Assembly: GCF_964204645.1 (NCBI RefSeq)
Contig: NC_134027.1
Span: forward strand, 20,174,560-20,238,559
DNA length: 64,000 bases
DNA from: Tubulanus polymorphus
Lineage: Eukaryota > Animalia > Nemertea
Direction of reading: 5' to 3'
Shown in pieces: positions 13,001 to 27,061 of the stretch (positions are counted from its first letter, which is position 1; each line of letters begins with the position of its first letter). Under the pieces are notes generated by a model. It saw only the letters and a program-made list of their open reading frames with translations, was not told where the DNA came from and did not search any database. Made by a program: the position numbers and the translations under genes.

Positions 13001-14630
13001 GTTTCTGAACGTAGAAAGGCAGGAGCAAGAAAGGCTGTCACAACTCGCCGTAATAATCAGGCTCTGCAACTTCGTAAGAGTTTAATTGATGTCAATAGGC
13101 CGCAGCCTCAAAATGATGCTGTTGAAAATATACAGGAAGACCAGCCTGTAGAAAATCAGGCAGAGACTTCTCGGGGCTCTGACCCCCCAGACCTGATATG
13201 TCGGTGTGAAATGCCGGAAGATATTGATGACACAGTAGTATGTTCTGGGAAATCTTGTGCTATTGTCAGATTTCACTTGACCAGTGCTGGCATGTTCAGG
13301 GAGCCAGAATTTGGTTGGTTTTGTCCCGAATGTTTTTTGCAGAGTTCATTTGCAAACCAGGAGACTCACTGCCTCTGTTCACTGGAAGAATATGGCAAAA
13401 TGATACAGTGTGATAATTGTGAAATGTGCTTTCACTTCCATTGCGTATGAATTAAGCAAGCCCCTGCGAGTTGGAACTGCCCCTATTGTACAGGTACTGA
13501 ATGAAAACACTATTCCAATTACTTTAAATGTTTGGAACCTACCTGAATGCTTATGTCACACATAAGACATTGAATAGAAGATAGGTGAGAGTGACGTAGG
13601 TATCGACGAAGGAAGGCTTGATATAGCAGCAGCCTTGAGCTCTGGTAGGTTCAAGTATTTAATTTAGCGAATGTGGGTGACGTACCATATGATGTTTTTC
13701 TAGCTTGAATAAACTCCATTTCTTTGGTTTTATTGGCCTCGATGATCGTTAACTTTGAAATTCAACTCGATCTCTTCTGTTCAAGATTAATAATTACATT
13801 TTTCAGGTGTGTTGGCGAGATAGTAGCTAAAATGTTGTGGTGGATTGTACAAGACACTTGGAAACTACATACAGTACAAATTATTGAATGGGTCGAGCTA
13901 CAACAAGTGATTCCAGAGCTGATGATCTGAATTGACTGAGAGCATTAAACCACGTAAAACATATCATATCCATATTCTGAATTTAACTGTTTTTTCTTGT
14001 TTTGTATTATAAAGGGCATAGTCTTGACTTGAAGATAGTAGCCTAGATGAAATAAGGGAATCTCATTTAGGTTGAAAGTGTCCTTATTGTTTGACCTGTA
14101 TCCCTTGAACAGGGGCTGAGGGGTTATATATGTATATAAACAGTTCACGCAGATGATGTGTGAGGCTATTAAAGATTTGAAAGAATGAAAATAAAACCAT
14201 GTTAAGTACGGTATGTTAAGTGCTTGAAGAGGAGAGGCAGTACATTGGTGATTGTAGATAAGCTACTCGAATCGCACATAGTTGTAGTAAATACAATAAC
14301 CTGAAAAATCTTGTTTGTTTTCAATATATTGATTTTCTACAAATCGGTGTGATACAATCTAATTTTATTGAGGAAAGTCATATCTGCTTCATTCTAGTGT
14401 CACCTGAAAGGGACCATTATCTGTAAATTTTAAACTGTTGTTAGAAGAAAATTGCAAATTAAGTATGCAATGAGTTAATTTTTTAATATGAATATAAGAT
14501 TGTGGGTGAATCTGTTTGTGTATTAGTGAAAAATAGATCTGCATCTGAATCCATACACTGATGTATTGTAAATATATATGTACCAGTACACAGTTTATTC
14601 CGAGACTAAATCAAAATGGATACATTCTAG
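10002..14630 (+). mobile_element. Decayed DNA transposon encoding a Zator-related DDE transposase with two C-terminal PHD fingers (coding ~10642-13504, frameshifted)
   Basis: Collinear ORF pieces with RDNQVGFRLD, CIQVNGASDEGPSH and RVELLNG (putative D-D-E), then two C4HC3-type PHDs. Interrupts the LINE after PFWSYI. Right terminus not identifiable; superfamily call tentative. Confidence 0.62.
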
Positions 14631-15470
14631 TCTCACGTGCAAAGGGACCATTGTCTGACACATTTCCAGACTGTCTTCACCAAAGGAAATGATGACATCC
14701 CCAATCTCTCTAGGGGAGACCACTCACAGATTACGAGATTGAAAATCGACACTGCTGGGGTAACGAAACTGCTTCTTAGGATCAGCCCCCGGAAGGCTTG
14801 CGGCTCGGACGCTATACCAAACCAGATACTGAAGCACTGCCCTGGCTCCATAGCACTGGCACTCACACTCATTTTCCAGCGCTCAATCGACATTGGATCT
14901 CTGCCCTCATATTGGCGAAAGGCAAACATTTCATATATCTTTAAGAAGGGTGGCAAGCATCGGGCATCCCTCACATCAGTGTCATGCAAGATACTCCAAC
15001 ACATTATCTACCGCCACATCATAAATCACCTTGAATCGAACAACATTTGGCCTGCACTTAATCATGGTTTCCGAGCTGGTTTCTCCTGCGAAACCCAACT
15101 CCTGACAACAATCGATGAGTTAACTAAATCGTACGACAAAGGCACGCAAGTGGACATCGCCTTGCTCGATTTTTCGAAGGCATTAACAGGAAGATTCTGG
15201 CTAACCTGGACACTGGATAACCTCACCTCCTCACCCAACAGACGATGAGAGTCGCCCTAGATGGAAGCAAATCGGACGGGGTACCAGTCGAATCAGGTGT
15301 CCCTCACGGAATGGTCCTCAGTCCACTATTGTTCCTTTGTCACATAAACGACCTACTGCAGTGTCTAATCACAGGTCCCTTTATTCACGAACGACTACCT
15401 ATTGTACCGCACAATAGAGAGCATACATGACCAACACATCCTACAGGAAGATCTGAAAAAGCTCCAAGTA

Positions 15471-17782
15471 CCGTATTTTCCGGCTATTAAGCCGACTCGG
15501 CCAATAAGCCGAGGGCAATTTTTTAGCCTAAAATACATGGATTTCTTAATGCTTCGCCCAATAAGCCGAGGCCCTTCATCAGGAGATTTTAATTCACTGA
15601 TTTGTCAATTAGTTTGTCTTAATTGACGATGTATGAGGCTGACAATACGCGCCTGCCGATGTGTGAGAGTGCTGTGTGTACTCTAATTGCCGAGTCACTG
15701 CTATATATAGACTCGCTCAGGTGATCTCTAACACACAGAACCATATATTGTAACCTACATTCGCAAACACGCACGCGGCTGACTGCTGGAGTGCGTATAT
15801 ATAAATGTACTAGCGCTGCGATATTAGATTGCCGCTATGAGGTGATGAAAGAAACAAAGTAACAGAAGAGTCCTTAATACATTATTGGTAGTAAACAATG
15901 ACCTCAAACAAGAGGCCCATGGGCCTTGAAGCATTGGTAGATTATAGTGTGGTATTAAGTGGTTATAATGTTTTACATCTGCCGGCAAATCTTCTATGAC
16001 GATGTTGATTGGGAGGACCACAGACTTAAAGGTCTATTTGTCTAGTACGATTTTATTCCTGAAAATGAATTTATTTTCTGCCAAACGATTTAGCCTAGGC
16101 TATTTGTACTGTTAAACCTCATTAATGCGATTCTGTTAAAAAGACGAAACTAGTTTATTCTGATGTTTTCATCATGTCCCAGCCAAGATATTTATATCAA
16201 TCAAGATTTGGATACAAAAACCCATTTTTACGCATGAACTGTTAGGCCCCACTGAATAATGAAAACAAAAACAGAACGATTTTTCTGAATGCAATTGCAA
16301 GACCCTCTGATCTTAGAGCTCCAAGCTCTGATGCATGTACGCATGCAAAACGTCACAGAGAGCGATGCCGGCGTTGGTGTCACTGAGGCCGGCTGATGAT
16401 TGTTTGTTTGTCTTTTTGTTTGTTTGGCTTTACGTACGTCGTTTGGTCTTGGTTTCCCACGACTATTCCTATTGGATTGTTCATTTAACCTCACGACGGT
16501 ACGGCCTTTTAAGTGTTGCCCGCACACTGTTCGCAGCCAGCAGGACTCGAACCCACTTGTCACTCAGCATTGATAGTGGATTCAACAGCATCACGCCTTA
16601 TCTCACTGAGCTACCGAGGCCGCTCAATTCAATTCCAAAAAAACAACAGCAGCGGCAAATAACCATCGCAATATTGCAATTTACGACAAACAACGCGTAA
16701 ATTCAATCACTGTTGTTTAACGCATGGAAAAGATAATGAAAGGTATTTTTTCCCGGCGCGCATTACAAAGCGAATCTCTGCCGAGTGCGTAAGAGGGTGC
16801 TACCACCTTATGAGTACGCAGCAGGCGGGTAGGGCGTCCTAAAGTTAAAGCATATATTAGAATATAGCCGAATCGAATATTACAATGTCGGTCAATTGAT
16901 TGATGATACAACATGGTTGTTCTCGGCGTACTTAACAATGATATTTTCCTCCAATAAACAACTCTGGTAAAATTGAATAAAATGATCTATCTTTATTGGT
17001 GATATCGTATCATGGTGGTAGCCTACCGTTTACCGTTTGATGTTTCGTGTCATCATGAAATGGTTTTAACTTTAGTAAAGGTGTTCCCACACGATCACAT
17101 ACGGGTTTCAGTCACAAGTAGGCTGCCGTTCCACTGCTCTAGAAATACGTATTCTGACGCTGAGAATGAATCCAAAATAATCCCATGGATACTGATAGTT
17201 GGAATAACAGTGATATCCAAGCACTGTGATATTTATAAACCGGAGGTATATAATTTCATGTTTTTCTATTCAGAAGAGGCTGTTCCCCATTCTTTACTGC
17301 CAATGTCAATGCGGACATATCGCTACGCGATTGTTTAATCCGCTCTCATTAAACCAGAAAATGAACGAGAAAAATGCGATCGAATAACTTTTTGGACCAT
17401 TAAATCAGAAATCTGGCGACGCTATGTTGTGGGGAATAATTGAAACATTTTTTTTTAGTCATTTTCAGCTGTTTCTAATGTTTTACGTGAACGGAGTGAC
17501 AATTCGAAGTTACTATGAAAATGAGAAGAGTCGGCCCCATTTTTTTTTCGTACTACTATTTTCGATCCATTTTACTAGCATTGGCATGACGTCATAGACG
17601 TCAACCAATGCTAATAAAAATGGAACACTCTTATTCATTTTGATGATCACCAGGAGAATTAGATTGACATAGTTAGGGAAGTAATTATTTAGGTCAGATC
17701 GTATCCCTCCAATAAGCCGATCATGATATTTTTGAGTAAAAATCTGAGGCTAGAAAATCGGCTTATTAGCCAGAAAATACGG
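15471..17782. mobile_element. pogo/Tigger-like (Tc1-mariner) non-autonomous element, 2.3 kb
   Basis: TA|CCGTATTTTCCGGCTATTAAGCCGA ... TCGGCTTATTAGCCAGAAAATACGG|TA; subterminal AATAAGCCGA repeats; splits the LINE RT at LQV|W. Confidence 0.88.
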
Positions 17783-18020
17783 TATGGCCAACCAAATGGG
17801 GCGAGCTTCAATGTGCCATAACCTATCAAATTTCTACAACCTCAACATCAACTTCCTCCGTTGGGTAAAGTCACACCCTTACCTTGGATTTGAAATTTCA
17901 GAGGACCTCAAGTGGAACCTCCACATATCAAGTATCACTACAACAACAAACTGTACACAAGGGTTCCTGCGCCGTAACTTACGGAACTGTCCTACACAGT
18001 GTAAGAGGACTGCATATATT

Positions 18021-18549
18021 CAGAGATAAGAACGCCGACCTATAAAATCCGTGGCTTTTTAGAAATTAAAAGTGTTTTCCCGGCGCTTGGAGCAATCTTG
18101 AACCCATGAATGACTTTTATATTTTGTAAGGTAATGGCTATTTCCAATGTGGCACATCCTCATTCGATGACATTCAGCATCTCACGCATTACGAGTCGAG
18201 CCCTGAATTATTGCAGTTAAAATGGGCCCATGTATCCTCATTAAGAAAATCATCACAGTGTATAATATCTGAAGGCTTTGCCCCGTATGCGCGGCAACAG
18301 TAAGTAGGCCTATATACGTGTCTGTCCGCAACCGATCAATAAAATACATACACATCCTAGTAGTAGATACAAAATCAGTGTTGCAATGAATACGTATTGA
18401 AACACAATACGCGACGATAAGTTAAACAGGCGCGGAACGCTTTTAGGTTCACCCGATTACCGATCGCACCGGACCAATTGAGTGAGATCATCACCCCCCT
18501 ATACTTTTGTATCATTTTTGGACTATTTGGAAAATTGATATTTTTCAAT
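18021..18549. mobile_element. hAT-like family A, degenerate 3'-truncated copy
   Basis: Aligns by eye to 2883-3568 with deletions; ends where the Pao LTR begins. Confidence 0.8.
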
Positions 18550-19429
18550 GTGTCAGTATTATCTTCTGTGTATAGGATAAGCCAATCATTGTATACATTA
18601 ACATGGCATGCTCCACCCACACTATAGGCAGATGGCAAGTCCATAATAAACTTTAGTTGCGAGTTATACATCATAGGGTACACAGTTGTTTGTCTCATTC
18701 CACGGTTCTACCCCCTCAACAACATTAATGGTACCGAGACCAGGATGGGAGACCGACATCAACAACGGAGAGAGCAATTCATCCAGAAACTCAACTCCAG
18801 TTCCAGAGCAAACACCATCAGAGGTTTTAAGAGATGCTCACTGCTATCAATTAGAAAGAACAATTTTCGAAACAGAAGTGCAATGCCAACAAATCGACGC
18901 AAAGCCAGATATCATCTTAGCAGACCAGATTACAGAGATTCAAGCAAACCTAGAATACATCACCGAGAAAATACAATATATCAAGACCATCGACCAACCA
19001 ATAGCCATTGAAACGCCACCAGCAAATCTAGGGGCAGAAGTCATCAGAACTGACGAATACAACCAGAATCGACAACGAACAATCTTCAAACTAAAGAAAT
19101 CGGTTGAGAACCACGTTAAAAAATTAGACACAACAGATTCGAGCCAGCAGAGAAATCATCATTCGAAAACAACACACCTACCGAAACTACAGCTACTGAC
19201 ATTCCAGGGAGATATTTTAAAGTGGACGCAATTCTAAGACGCGCTCCGCTCAGCTGTAGGTGACGATAAGAACTTAACATCTTTCCAAAAATTCCAATAT
19301 CTCAAAGCGCAAGTTCAAGGAGAAGCCACGAAATGTATAGATGGATTACCAATTACCAATCAGAATTACAAAAACGCGCTGGATATACTTGTGAAAAGAT
19401 ATGGACAAAAAACTTAAGTAATTGATGTG

Positions 19430-20884
19430 GCTAGTTCCAATAATAACGAGGATTGCGCTACGTTGATATGCTAGGGGATGGCGATAGCTCTACGCACCGT
19501 GACCTAAACAGACTGCAACCCTATGGCCCAGCTATTACCATTAACAAAAAAGAATGTATCGGCCATGTACAAAAACGAGTTGGTACGAGATGTCGTGCTT
19601 TGAAAACACGATGGCGTGGGAAGAAAATGTCTGATGGAAAATTCTAGGTGGAAGAGGTCGCCTTACAGATAGACTACTTGACATATTGCAAAAAAACTAT
19701 GGGATGGCAGTTAGGGAGAATACCTCGTGTGTTCATGAAATGCAGCGTGCGATCTGGGCTAGTCTATACCATGTCGCGTCCACTGATACAAATCCAATAC
19801 ATATGTTATGTCCGCAAGGTGAGGATTCATGGTGTGGGTATAACAAAGATCCTTCAGGCTATTCCCATAAACATGGTATCCCACAGGCTATCCTGGAGCT
19901 CCTGGAGCCAATCTATGATGATCTGACTCATTCTGATCTACTTCAAAAATGTTTACATGGAATGACGCAAAATGCAAACGAGCGCCTCAACGGCTGTATT
20001 TGGAAGCAATGCCCAAAATCGATGTTTGTCGTAAAAGAGACATTGGACTTAGCAGTTAGCATGGCGGTATGCCATTTCAATGATGGTGATAAACACATTG
20101 CAATGATGTATGAAGATATCAATATAGTGCCTGGACGTTTTACGTTAGCTGGATGTCGTTTTGCTGATAAAGACAGAATTCGTTTTTCGGTGTATAAATC
20201 GAGCGAAAAAGTTAAAAAACGTAGAAAAACTCTTCGAAGTGTTAGAAAGGGACATATAGACAATACTGAAACAACAGAATTGCACCTACATATGCCTCTG
20301 GTGGATTTTAACTCGGTAATTTGATATCGTGAAATTTTATCGCTAATTTTCTCAAATTGTGAAATTGAGCCAATGGCATCTCATTTGAAACACTCTAACT
20401 TTTTTGTTTTTCAAGATACTAGTGTGAAACTTTGTATGTTTTCTCTATGGTGTTCCCTTAAGTGCATGAAGTAAAATCAAGAAGATATCTTTATTAGATT
20501 TTAAATTATGACCCCTTAAATATAAATTTATGTAGTATGAATTGGAAGTTCCTTCGAAAAATGGAAAAAATCTCCCATAATTTCTTTGTTGATCAAGACT
20601 TATATACCATTTTACTTCATGCAGTAGTAAGGTATATTACTATTCTATAGCAAAAAACAGAATGTAACTATCTTTTTTGATTAAAGTTTTATCGTGATTT
20701 AAAGTTTGAGTGATATTTAGTAGATTTTACGGCGGCCATGTTGAATAATTTGCGTAATTTATGAAAACTTTCAAAATTAATATCTTTGTTTTGTTCCATT
20801 TCCAATAACCTTTCTAATGATATATAACACAAGTCTCTAGCTTTAAAACTCATGAAATTAGAATTTCTGGGATAGTGCCACCTT
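19430..20884 (+). mobile_element. Kolobok-type (Mutator-like domain) transposase 3' half plus right terminus, nested in the Pao element
   Basis: GDGDSS, KKECIGHVQKR, GRLTD and HGMTQNANE motifs; end GGGATAGTGCCACCT followed by TTAA. Confidence 0.8.
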
Positions 20885-21215
20885 TTAAAGATAGATCAGA
20901 TCGATCAACGAAGGAGCCATTGACATTCGAATCTTATAGAGATAAATACATCCGAAAAGAAAATCAGTTTATTGCCAAACTGCCGTGGAAAGATGATCAT
21001 GCGGAGCTTCCCAAGAATTACGAGCAAACCAATAAACAAACAAGAAATATGATACAGAAGCTGAACGCCAACACACTGATTATTTACAACAAGATAATTG
21101 CCGAGCAGATATCTCGGGGGTTGATAGAGGAAGTACCAGACGATGATGGATCAGGCCACTACTTACCGCACCATGCTGTGAAAAAAGATTCGGAAACCAC
21201 GCCTATTCGTGTTGT

Positions 21216-21919
21216 CAGAGATGAGAATGCCGACCTATAAAATCCGCGGAATTTTTTTTTTGTTGAGTTGCACACGCGAACCAGCTGATGGCTTAGCCGA
21301 AGACGTGAAGCGATTTCGGGGGGTTTGGGGGTCCTCCCCCAAGAAAATTTTTGAAATTAAATGCGTTTTCCGAGCACTTAGAGCGATCTTGAACCCATGA
21401 ATGACTATTATATTTTGGAAGGTAATGGCTAGTTCCAATGTGGTACATCCTCATTCGATGACATTCAGCATCTCATGCATTACGGGTTGAGTCCTGAATT
21501 ATTGCAGTTAAAACGCTGAATGCTCACTAAAAATCATCACCCAGTAGTGTATAATATCTGAAGGCGTTCGCCACACACGCGCGGCAACAGTAAGTAGGCC
21601 TATATACATTACTACTATTGCCGCGCGCGCGTGTCTGCAACCGATCGATAAAATACATACACACTCATCGTAGTAGATACAAAATCAGTGTTGCAATGAA
21701 TATGCATTGAAATGCGATACTTTTACGCGACGATAAGTAAAACAGGCACTGAACGCTTTTACGGTTCACCTGATTACCGATCGCTCCAGACCAATTGAAT
21801 GAGATCATCACCCCCCCCCCCCATACTTTTACATCATTTTTGGACTATTTGGAAAATTGATATTTTTCAATACCGAAATCCGGGGGAAACCGCGGATCCG
21901 CAGGGAATTCTCATCCCTG
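21216..21919. mobile_element. hAT-like family A copy inserted in the Pao RT
   Basis: CAGAGATGAGAA...TTCTCATCCCTG; flanks TGTTGT/TGTTGC (6-bp TSD, 1 mismatch); interrupts IRVV|xNCS. Confidence 0.88.
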
Positions 21920-24900
21920 TGTTGCACACAACTGCTCATTCAGAACTCGCAACAATCCTAGCACAAATGATTGCCTGGAGGTGGGCCTACGCTGCTGAAC
22001 TACCTGACCGCCATCTTGTTGCGCTTGTGGTTAAACAAGACCGCCGTCAGTAGCGATTTAGAAAAAGCGTTCCTTCATGTAGGATTACATGAAAACGATG
22101 GAAAATATACGAAATTCTTATGGTTATCGGACCCTGCCGACCGTCAGAGTACTTTCAAAGTGCTGCAGTTCAAATCAGTACTATTCGGCTGTATCAGTTC
22201 ATTGTTCATATTGAACGCAGCCGTCAGAACTCAGCTGGAAGAAAATACCTGTGACATATCACAAACAATCAAAGATGACATATATGCGGACAATGTCTTA
22301 AGTTCGTTCGACCATAACGCATTGGAATACTTTAAAGTTGCAGACGCAATAATGAAAGGAGGAGGTTTTGCTTAGATTGGTGTCAACAAACGACAGTCAG
22401 TTGCATGATTACGCTAAGAACAATGAGATCAATGATAAACAGGAAATTGTCAATCTAACAGGACTGAAATGGAATACAACAGATGACACTATAGGTTTTA
22501 AAGGCCTACCCGAACCTACATGTATCTCAAAGAAAAGAGAAGTGGTCAAACTAACGTCGAGTTTATATGACCCCTTAGAATATTTGTCACCAGTTAACGT
22601 GCGTGCTAAAATGTTCATCCCAAAGCTGTGGAAAGCAAACTGCAGCTGGGATGAATTAATCAACGAGGAACTAACAACTGAATGGAAAGAGATCGAAGAT
22701 GATCCGCGTAACTCCGTGAGCACGAATTTCAATAGACAATTCATCGGTAACTTTGAATCAGATGAACCGTGCGAGGTTTATTGTTTTTGTGACAAGTCAC
22801 AAAAGGCTTACGGGAGCGTTGTTTACATCGTTATTTACATCCTACAAGATACAGATTCAGCCATAGCTATGGCGAAAAGTAGAGTCGCACCCATGAAACC
22901 TATAACTCTACCTCGTCTAGAACTAATTGCGGCATTAGTAGGAGCTCGTTTGCTCAAATTCGTAATTGAATCGCTAGGGAATAGACTATCGATCAGTAAA
23001 ACCGTTCTCTGGTCGGATAGTACCATCGTACTGAGTTGACAATCAAACCCTGGCGTACGAGGATGATTGGTCGTACCATGAAAATTGTATCGAAAATAAA
23101 AGTAACGCAAAAGATAAATACATTGTTTTGATACCAATTTTTATATGATTATTTTCAACTTCGCAAATCACCGGCATGAAAAATGCAAAGGAAAATGAAT
23201 TGCTTTAAATTTACTAAAAGATAACTATCAAATCATAACTGTTACTTTATTTTCCACTCTTGCTCTATCACCACATTTTCGCGTTTCACTGACACAAACG
23301 CTGACAATGCTTCGGAGATATCAAATGATTCTCCGCTATTTCCAATGAATTAATTTCCGTTGTCATAATTGCTGTTTAGAATATCGGTACGCCACATTCT
23401 TAGCCTTACCCAGTACTAGGGTAATTTCACGAATTAAGTTCATGAATAAAAAGGTCAACTTTCGTCGACTCAAACAACAAGAAACGTAATTCTTGATATG
23501 GACTTTCATAAAATTACATGAGTGTATGTTTAATCTGCATCAAAATTAAACAAAGAATTCAGTAAGGAATCTCTAAAATGCAATTCGTCAAAATGATTCG
23601 TTTTATCGATAAATGGCTACAAATATTTTATCATTAATGAGATCATTTGAAATTGTGTCATATTTTCCGAGTTGTTACTTACGCAATGACTCTGTAAATG
23701 ACGCAGCACTGACAACAATCACAACAATAGCACATATCCGATTCATTACAAAAACAAGCATTTTCATCGCCTAGAATCCATGTGTATTAGTAATTTTGCA
23801 TTTCGGGAAAACTAAAATTCTCACAATTCAAGTGTATCATTGAAAAAATCTTTTGTCAGATAATGTTGGCCCACCAAGTTGAATAACATGTTGCTTAAAA
23901 AACTAACTGATAGATTTATAACCTAGGTGATAAGCCCATAAAGTGCTGCCAACTTCCATTTGCGATTCCCGTAATGTGGCTTGAACCACTCCCCATCCGA
24001 AATAAGTGTGGATTATATAGTAAAATGATAACTGTAATTAGTACTAATTGCTGTTTTAAAGTGATCATTATTTTCTTTTATTTGAACTATAGATCAGCAA
24101 CGAAATTAAATTGATGTATTTTATTGACTAAACGCGGACACAAATGCAACTTCACCCTAATTCTCGTTCAGACCCATTCCTAACCCATCTAAAGACAGGG
24201 ACATTGACACAATGAAGACTCTCAAGTTAGACCTCCGGAATTCCACTAATGGTGAAACTGTTTGATTCTGAATAATGCATTGAATGATTTGAATCATTTA
24301 CCACTGCGCTTAACTTACAGTCGCTTCTTCCTGCGTATCCAACTTTCGGAATTATGGTTTCACTGTTTTCCCGAGCCAGGACAGTTGGCGAATGACTCAA
24401 CAAATTGTCTGCTTTGATTATGTCATTTCAAATCAAGTTAAAAGTTTTGTCTGTAGTTTTACCGCTTCACGTGTATCGGACTGTTAATCAGCAGATTATG
24501 ATAATAACTCGTGAATACTCACACTCACAGTCGCGTTAAAATCGATTATGTATTAGACTGCTATTTGACAATACCCTTAACAATAATCATCTAACGATTA
24601 GAACGCTTCATATTTGGCCACCTGCAGCGGATATGATAAGGGGTTCTTAAATTTCCGGACGAAAAATAGAATAGAATGCTAACACGCTTGAAACATTATA
24701 GTATCATTTAAGGCAGATACTTACATTACCCCTAGAAATATAATCTATCAAATATAGAACGCTTCATGTTTAACCACCTGCTGCGGTTATGATTCAAGTT
24801 ACTGAAATTTGTGAGTGAAAATCATCATCGCGAATAGAAAAGCAAATAATGTAAATTATGTTATAACTCTCTATGCCATTAATATTCAAACCCTTACGCT

Positions 24901-25127
24901 ACAACGGACAGCTGTACCAGGAGACTTAAGTGGTGATCATCTCAACCATGTGGGCATACGTACATGTACAATATAATTGACGGTCATAGCAAACAGGTTG
25001 TACCACATATAATGTACGATAATAGCATTTCTTAGTACCCCAAATGCACATATGCAGTGACAATGCTTTGGTGCACTTATTATTTCATGAAAATAAAAAT
25101 AAGGTTGGATGTTCTTCCAACCAACTA

Positions 25128-25506
25128 GGGGTTACTTGAGACACTGTCTCAAGTCACCCCAACTTGATACAGGCCCGTCTCTAGTGACAGCATGCAAAAA
25201 GATTCCTGAATATTCAGGACCCAACCATGAGTTGGCCTATTTTGTCTGAGGGGGTTAAGAACTACTTATATATTCATTTTACTAAAATTCTGTGCTATTA
25301 TTTTGTGTATGTCTCAAGTCACCCCTCACCTTGGGGTGACATAAGACAGTTGTCTTTGAATAGAAAAATTTAGAAAATCATTAGACACATTTTTTCATCA
25401 ACCAATTGTTGTTCAAATAATCATCATTTGGGTAGATTGTAGGTAGGTCCTCGAGCTGCATTTGAAAAAATCACAAATAAGTGTCTCAAGTCACCCCGAT
25501 TTTCTG
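25128..25506. mobile_element. Right end of a pogo/mariner-like non-autonomous element with repeated TGTCTCAAGTCACCCC motifs
   Basis: Motif direct at ~25145, ~25310, ~25482 and inverted at ~25128, ~25333; ends CACCCCGATTTTCTG|TA. Confidence 0.55.
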
Positions 25507-25509
25507 TAT

Positions 25510-27061
25510 TAGTTTGTAGGTCAATGTTTAAGAAATATGATTGATTGGTTGTTTATTTAGGATGCTTAGTAAGTCGGTACAGCCACAGGCGCAATACTGT
25601 GAGTTTACATATGTTTGTCTTGGCGCTCGAATAAGTTTATTTTTACTATCATCAAGCATTTGTATTAAGCTTCCGTTACTTTAAAGTTAGTCATGACCTC
25701 CGGTGCACTAAGATGTTTTGAAACATGAGTACTCAAGGCTTAAAACAGGTATTATATAGCTTTCACTTTGAATTAAGTAATTTAAATGAGTGTTTGATCG
25801 AATATTGTATTGGTTAATTCCACTTTCGGGGCCAGTAGGTAAAGCTGTCGCTTCACTCACCTGTATTGATGCTGCTGAGGCTGAACAGGTGGGGGGTATT
25901 TTATCTGAGGAGAGGGAGAGGAAGAGGCTCAACTCCATCTTAGCTCCGTTAGGAGGAATTCTGCTCAGCGTAGCTTTTTACAGTCGAAATTAGACTCGGC
26001 CACCCTGTTAAAGTGGTCCCAGAGCGGGCTGTTGGGGTTCAGCCGATATCTTTTTCCTCTCCACGGTTGGAAAATTTTTCTGGAAGTCATCGTAAGGGTG
26101 AAACTACGTATAAACTCTGGAGGTCGCAGGTGGAAGGTTTATCAACTGATCCTGCGATTTTGGATCACGCCCTTTTGGCTTTAATAAGACTATCGGGCCG
26201 GGAATTGCCGGCCGAGATCGTATTGAGCATCGGCAGTAGTGTTACTCCGGAGGATGTGTTGCGGAACTTCGATTCCGTGTTTGGGTCGGTAACGACTCTG
26301 ACTCAAGCATTGTCAGTATTTTTTACTGCGGAACAAAGACCCGAGGAATCCGTTGCCCTTTGGGCCTGCCGCCTCAAGACCCTGAAGAGTCGTGTTCTGG
26401 GAGAATGTGAGATGTTAAGATCGCAATTTTGTAACGGTCTGAGGGACTCTCAGATTAAGCTGGCATTGCGACCGACTCTTTCCACGGCTGCTAGTTTCCT
26501 AGACATGGTCCTGGAAGCTAGAGGTGTGGAGGACATGATAGGTAAGACTTCCACAACACCGGTACACAGAAGATCGGGAGTTGTGGAGCAGCACGCAGTT
26601 CAACCTCAAAAGATAAAACTTAAGAGTTCAGTCTCGTTATAGGATGTAGCTGCTAAATTGGATGATGTGGTTAGGAAATTGAATGGGTTCCAACTTGAAA
26701 TACAGCGCTTAAAAAAACATGTTGATCATATAGATCAAGTGGTTGAACAGTTCGGGTTGGGGATGGAAGGAAGGAGTCAGACCGATACGAAGGTTTCAGT
26801 TGATCCTGTTCCACCGATTTCGTCAAAGCGTTGTTTCAAGTGTGACTCGCCTGGTCATTTTGTCAGGGAGTGTCCTCAGTGGAGGAACAACATGGGTTTG
26901 CGTCGACCTCCGCCCACTTACACTTGTTATAAATGTAATGTCATTGGTGATCACTACTTTCAGGATTGTGGGAAAGGACAACCGCTATTAAACTCGTAAG
27001 GGATCAGCATTCTGGGTGCGTTGGGTCCCGCATTGGTGAAAAGCCCAAGACAGAAATTAAA
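25510..27061 (+). mobile_element. Gypsy element A (outer): LTR remnant, PBS, PNMA-type gag with two CCHC knuckles; pol resumes ~31833-32100
   Basis: PBS-like TGGCGCTCGAA at 25621 (tRNA-Lys type); PRLENFSG..YKLWRSQV, QRPEESVALWACRL; CFKCDSPGHFVREC and CYKCNVIGDHYFQDC. Confidence 0.8.

Larger units (their letters stand above)
8300..18020 (+). mobile_element. Decayed CR1/L2-group LINE ORF2, split by nested insertions (pieces ~8300-8830, 9644-10000, 14640-15470, 17783-18020)
   Basis: APE motifs (NCPDVDWET, LDLVFTS, PGISDH, QYQRADWD) and RT motifs (KACGSDAIP, WRKANI, HGFRAGFSCETQL, LDFSKA, SGVPHGMVLSPLLF); stops and frameshifts. Confidence 0.88.
18551..23039 (+). mobile_element. Decayed BEL/Pao LTR retrotransposon (5' LTR ~18551-18724, PBS 18729-18746, gag 18745-19430, pol 20890-23039; truncated before integrase)
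   Basis: TG..CA LTR with AATAAA; PBS TGGTACCGAGACCAGGAT (tRNA-His-like); gag LPKLQLLTFQGDILKW; RT HYLPHHAV, DLEKAFL, DIYADN; Pao RNase H FCDKSQKAYG, AKSRVAP, LPRLEL. Confidence 0.9.

Noticed and set aside
16535-16625. tRNA gene on the minus strand (B-box GGTTCGAGTCC)
   Set aside because: No convincing cloverleaf/acceptor stem; lies inside a pogo-like element; likely SINE-head remnant. The same applies to ~34305-34365.
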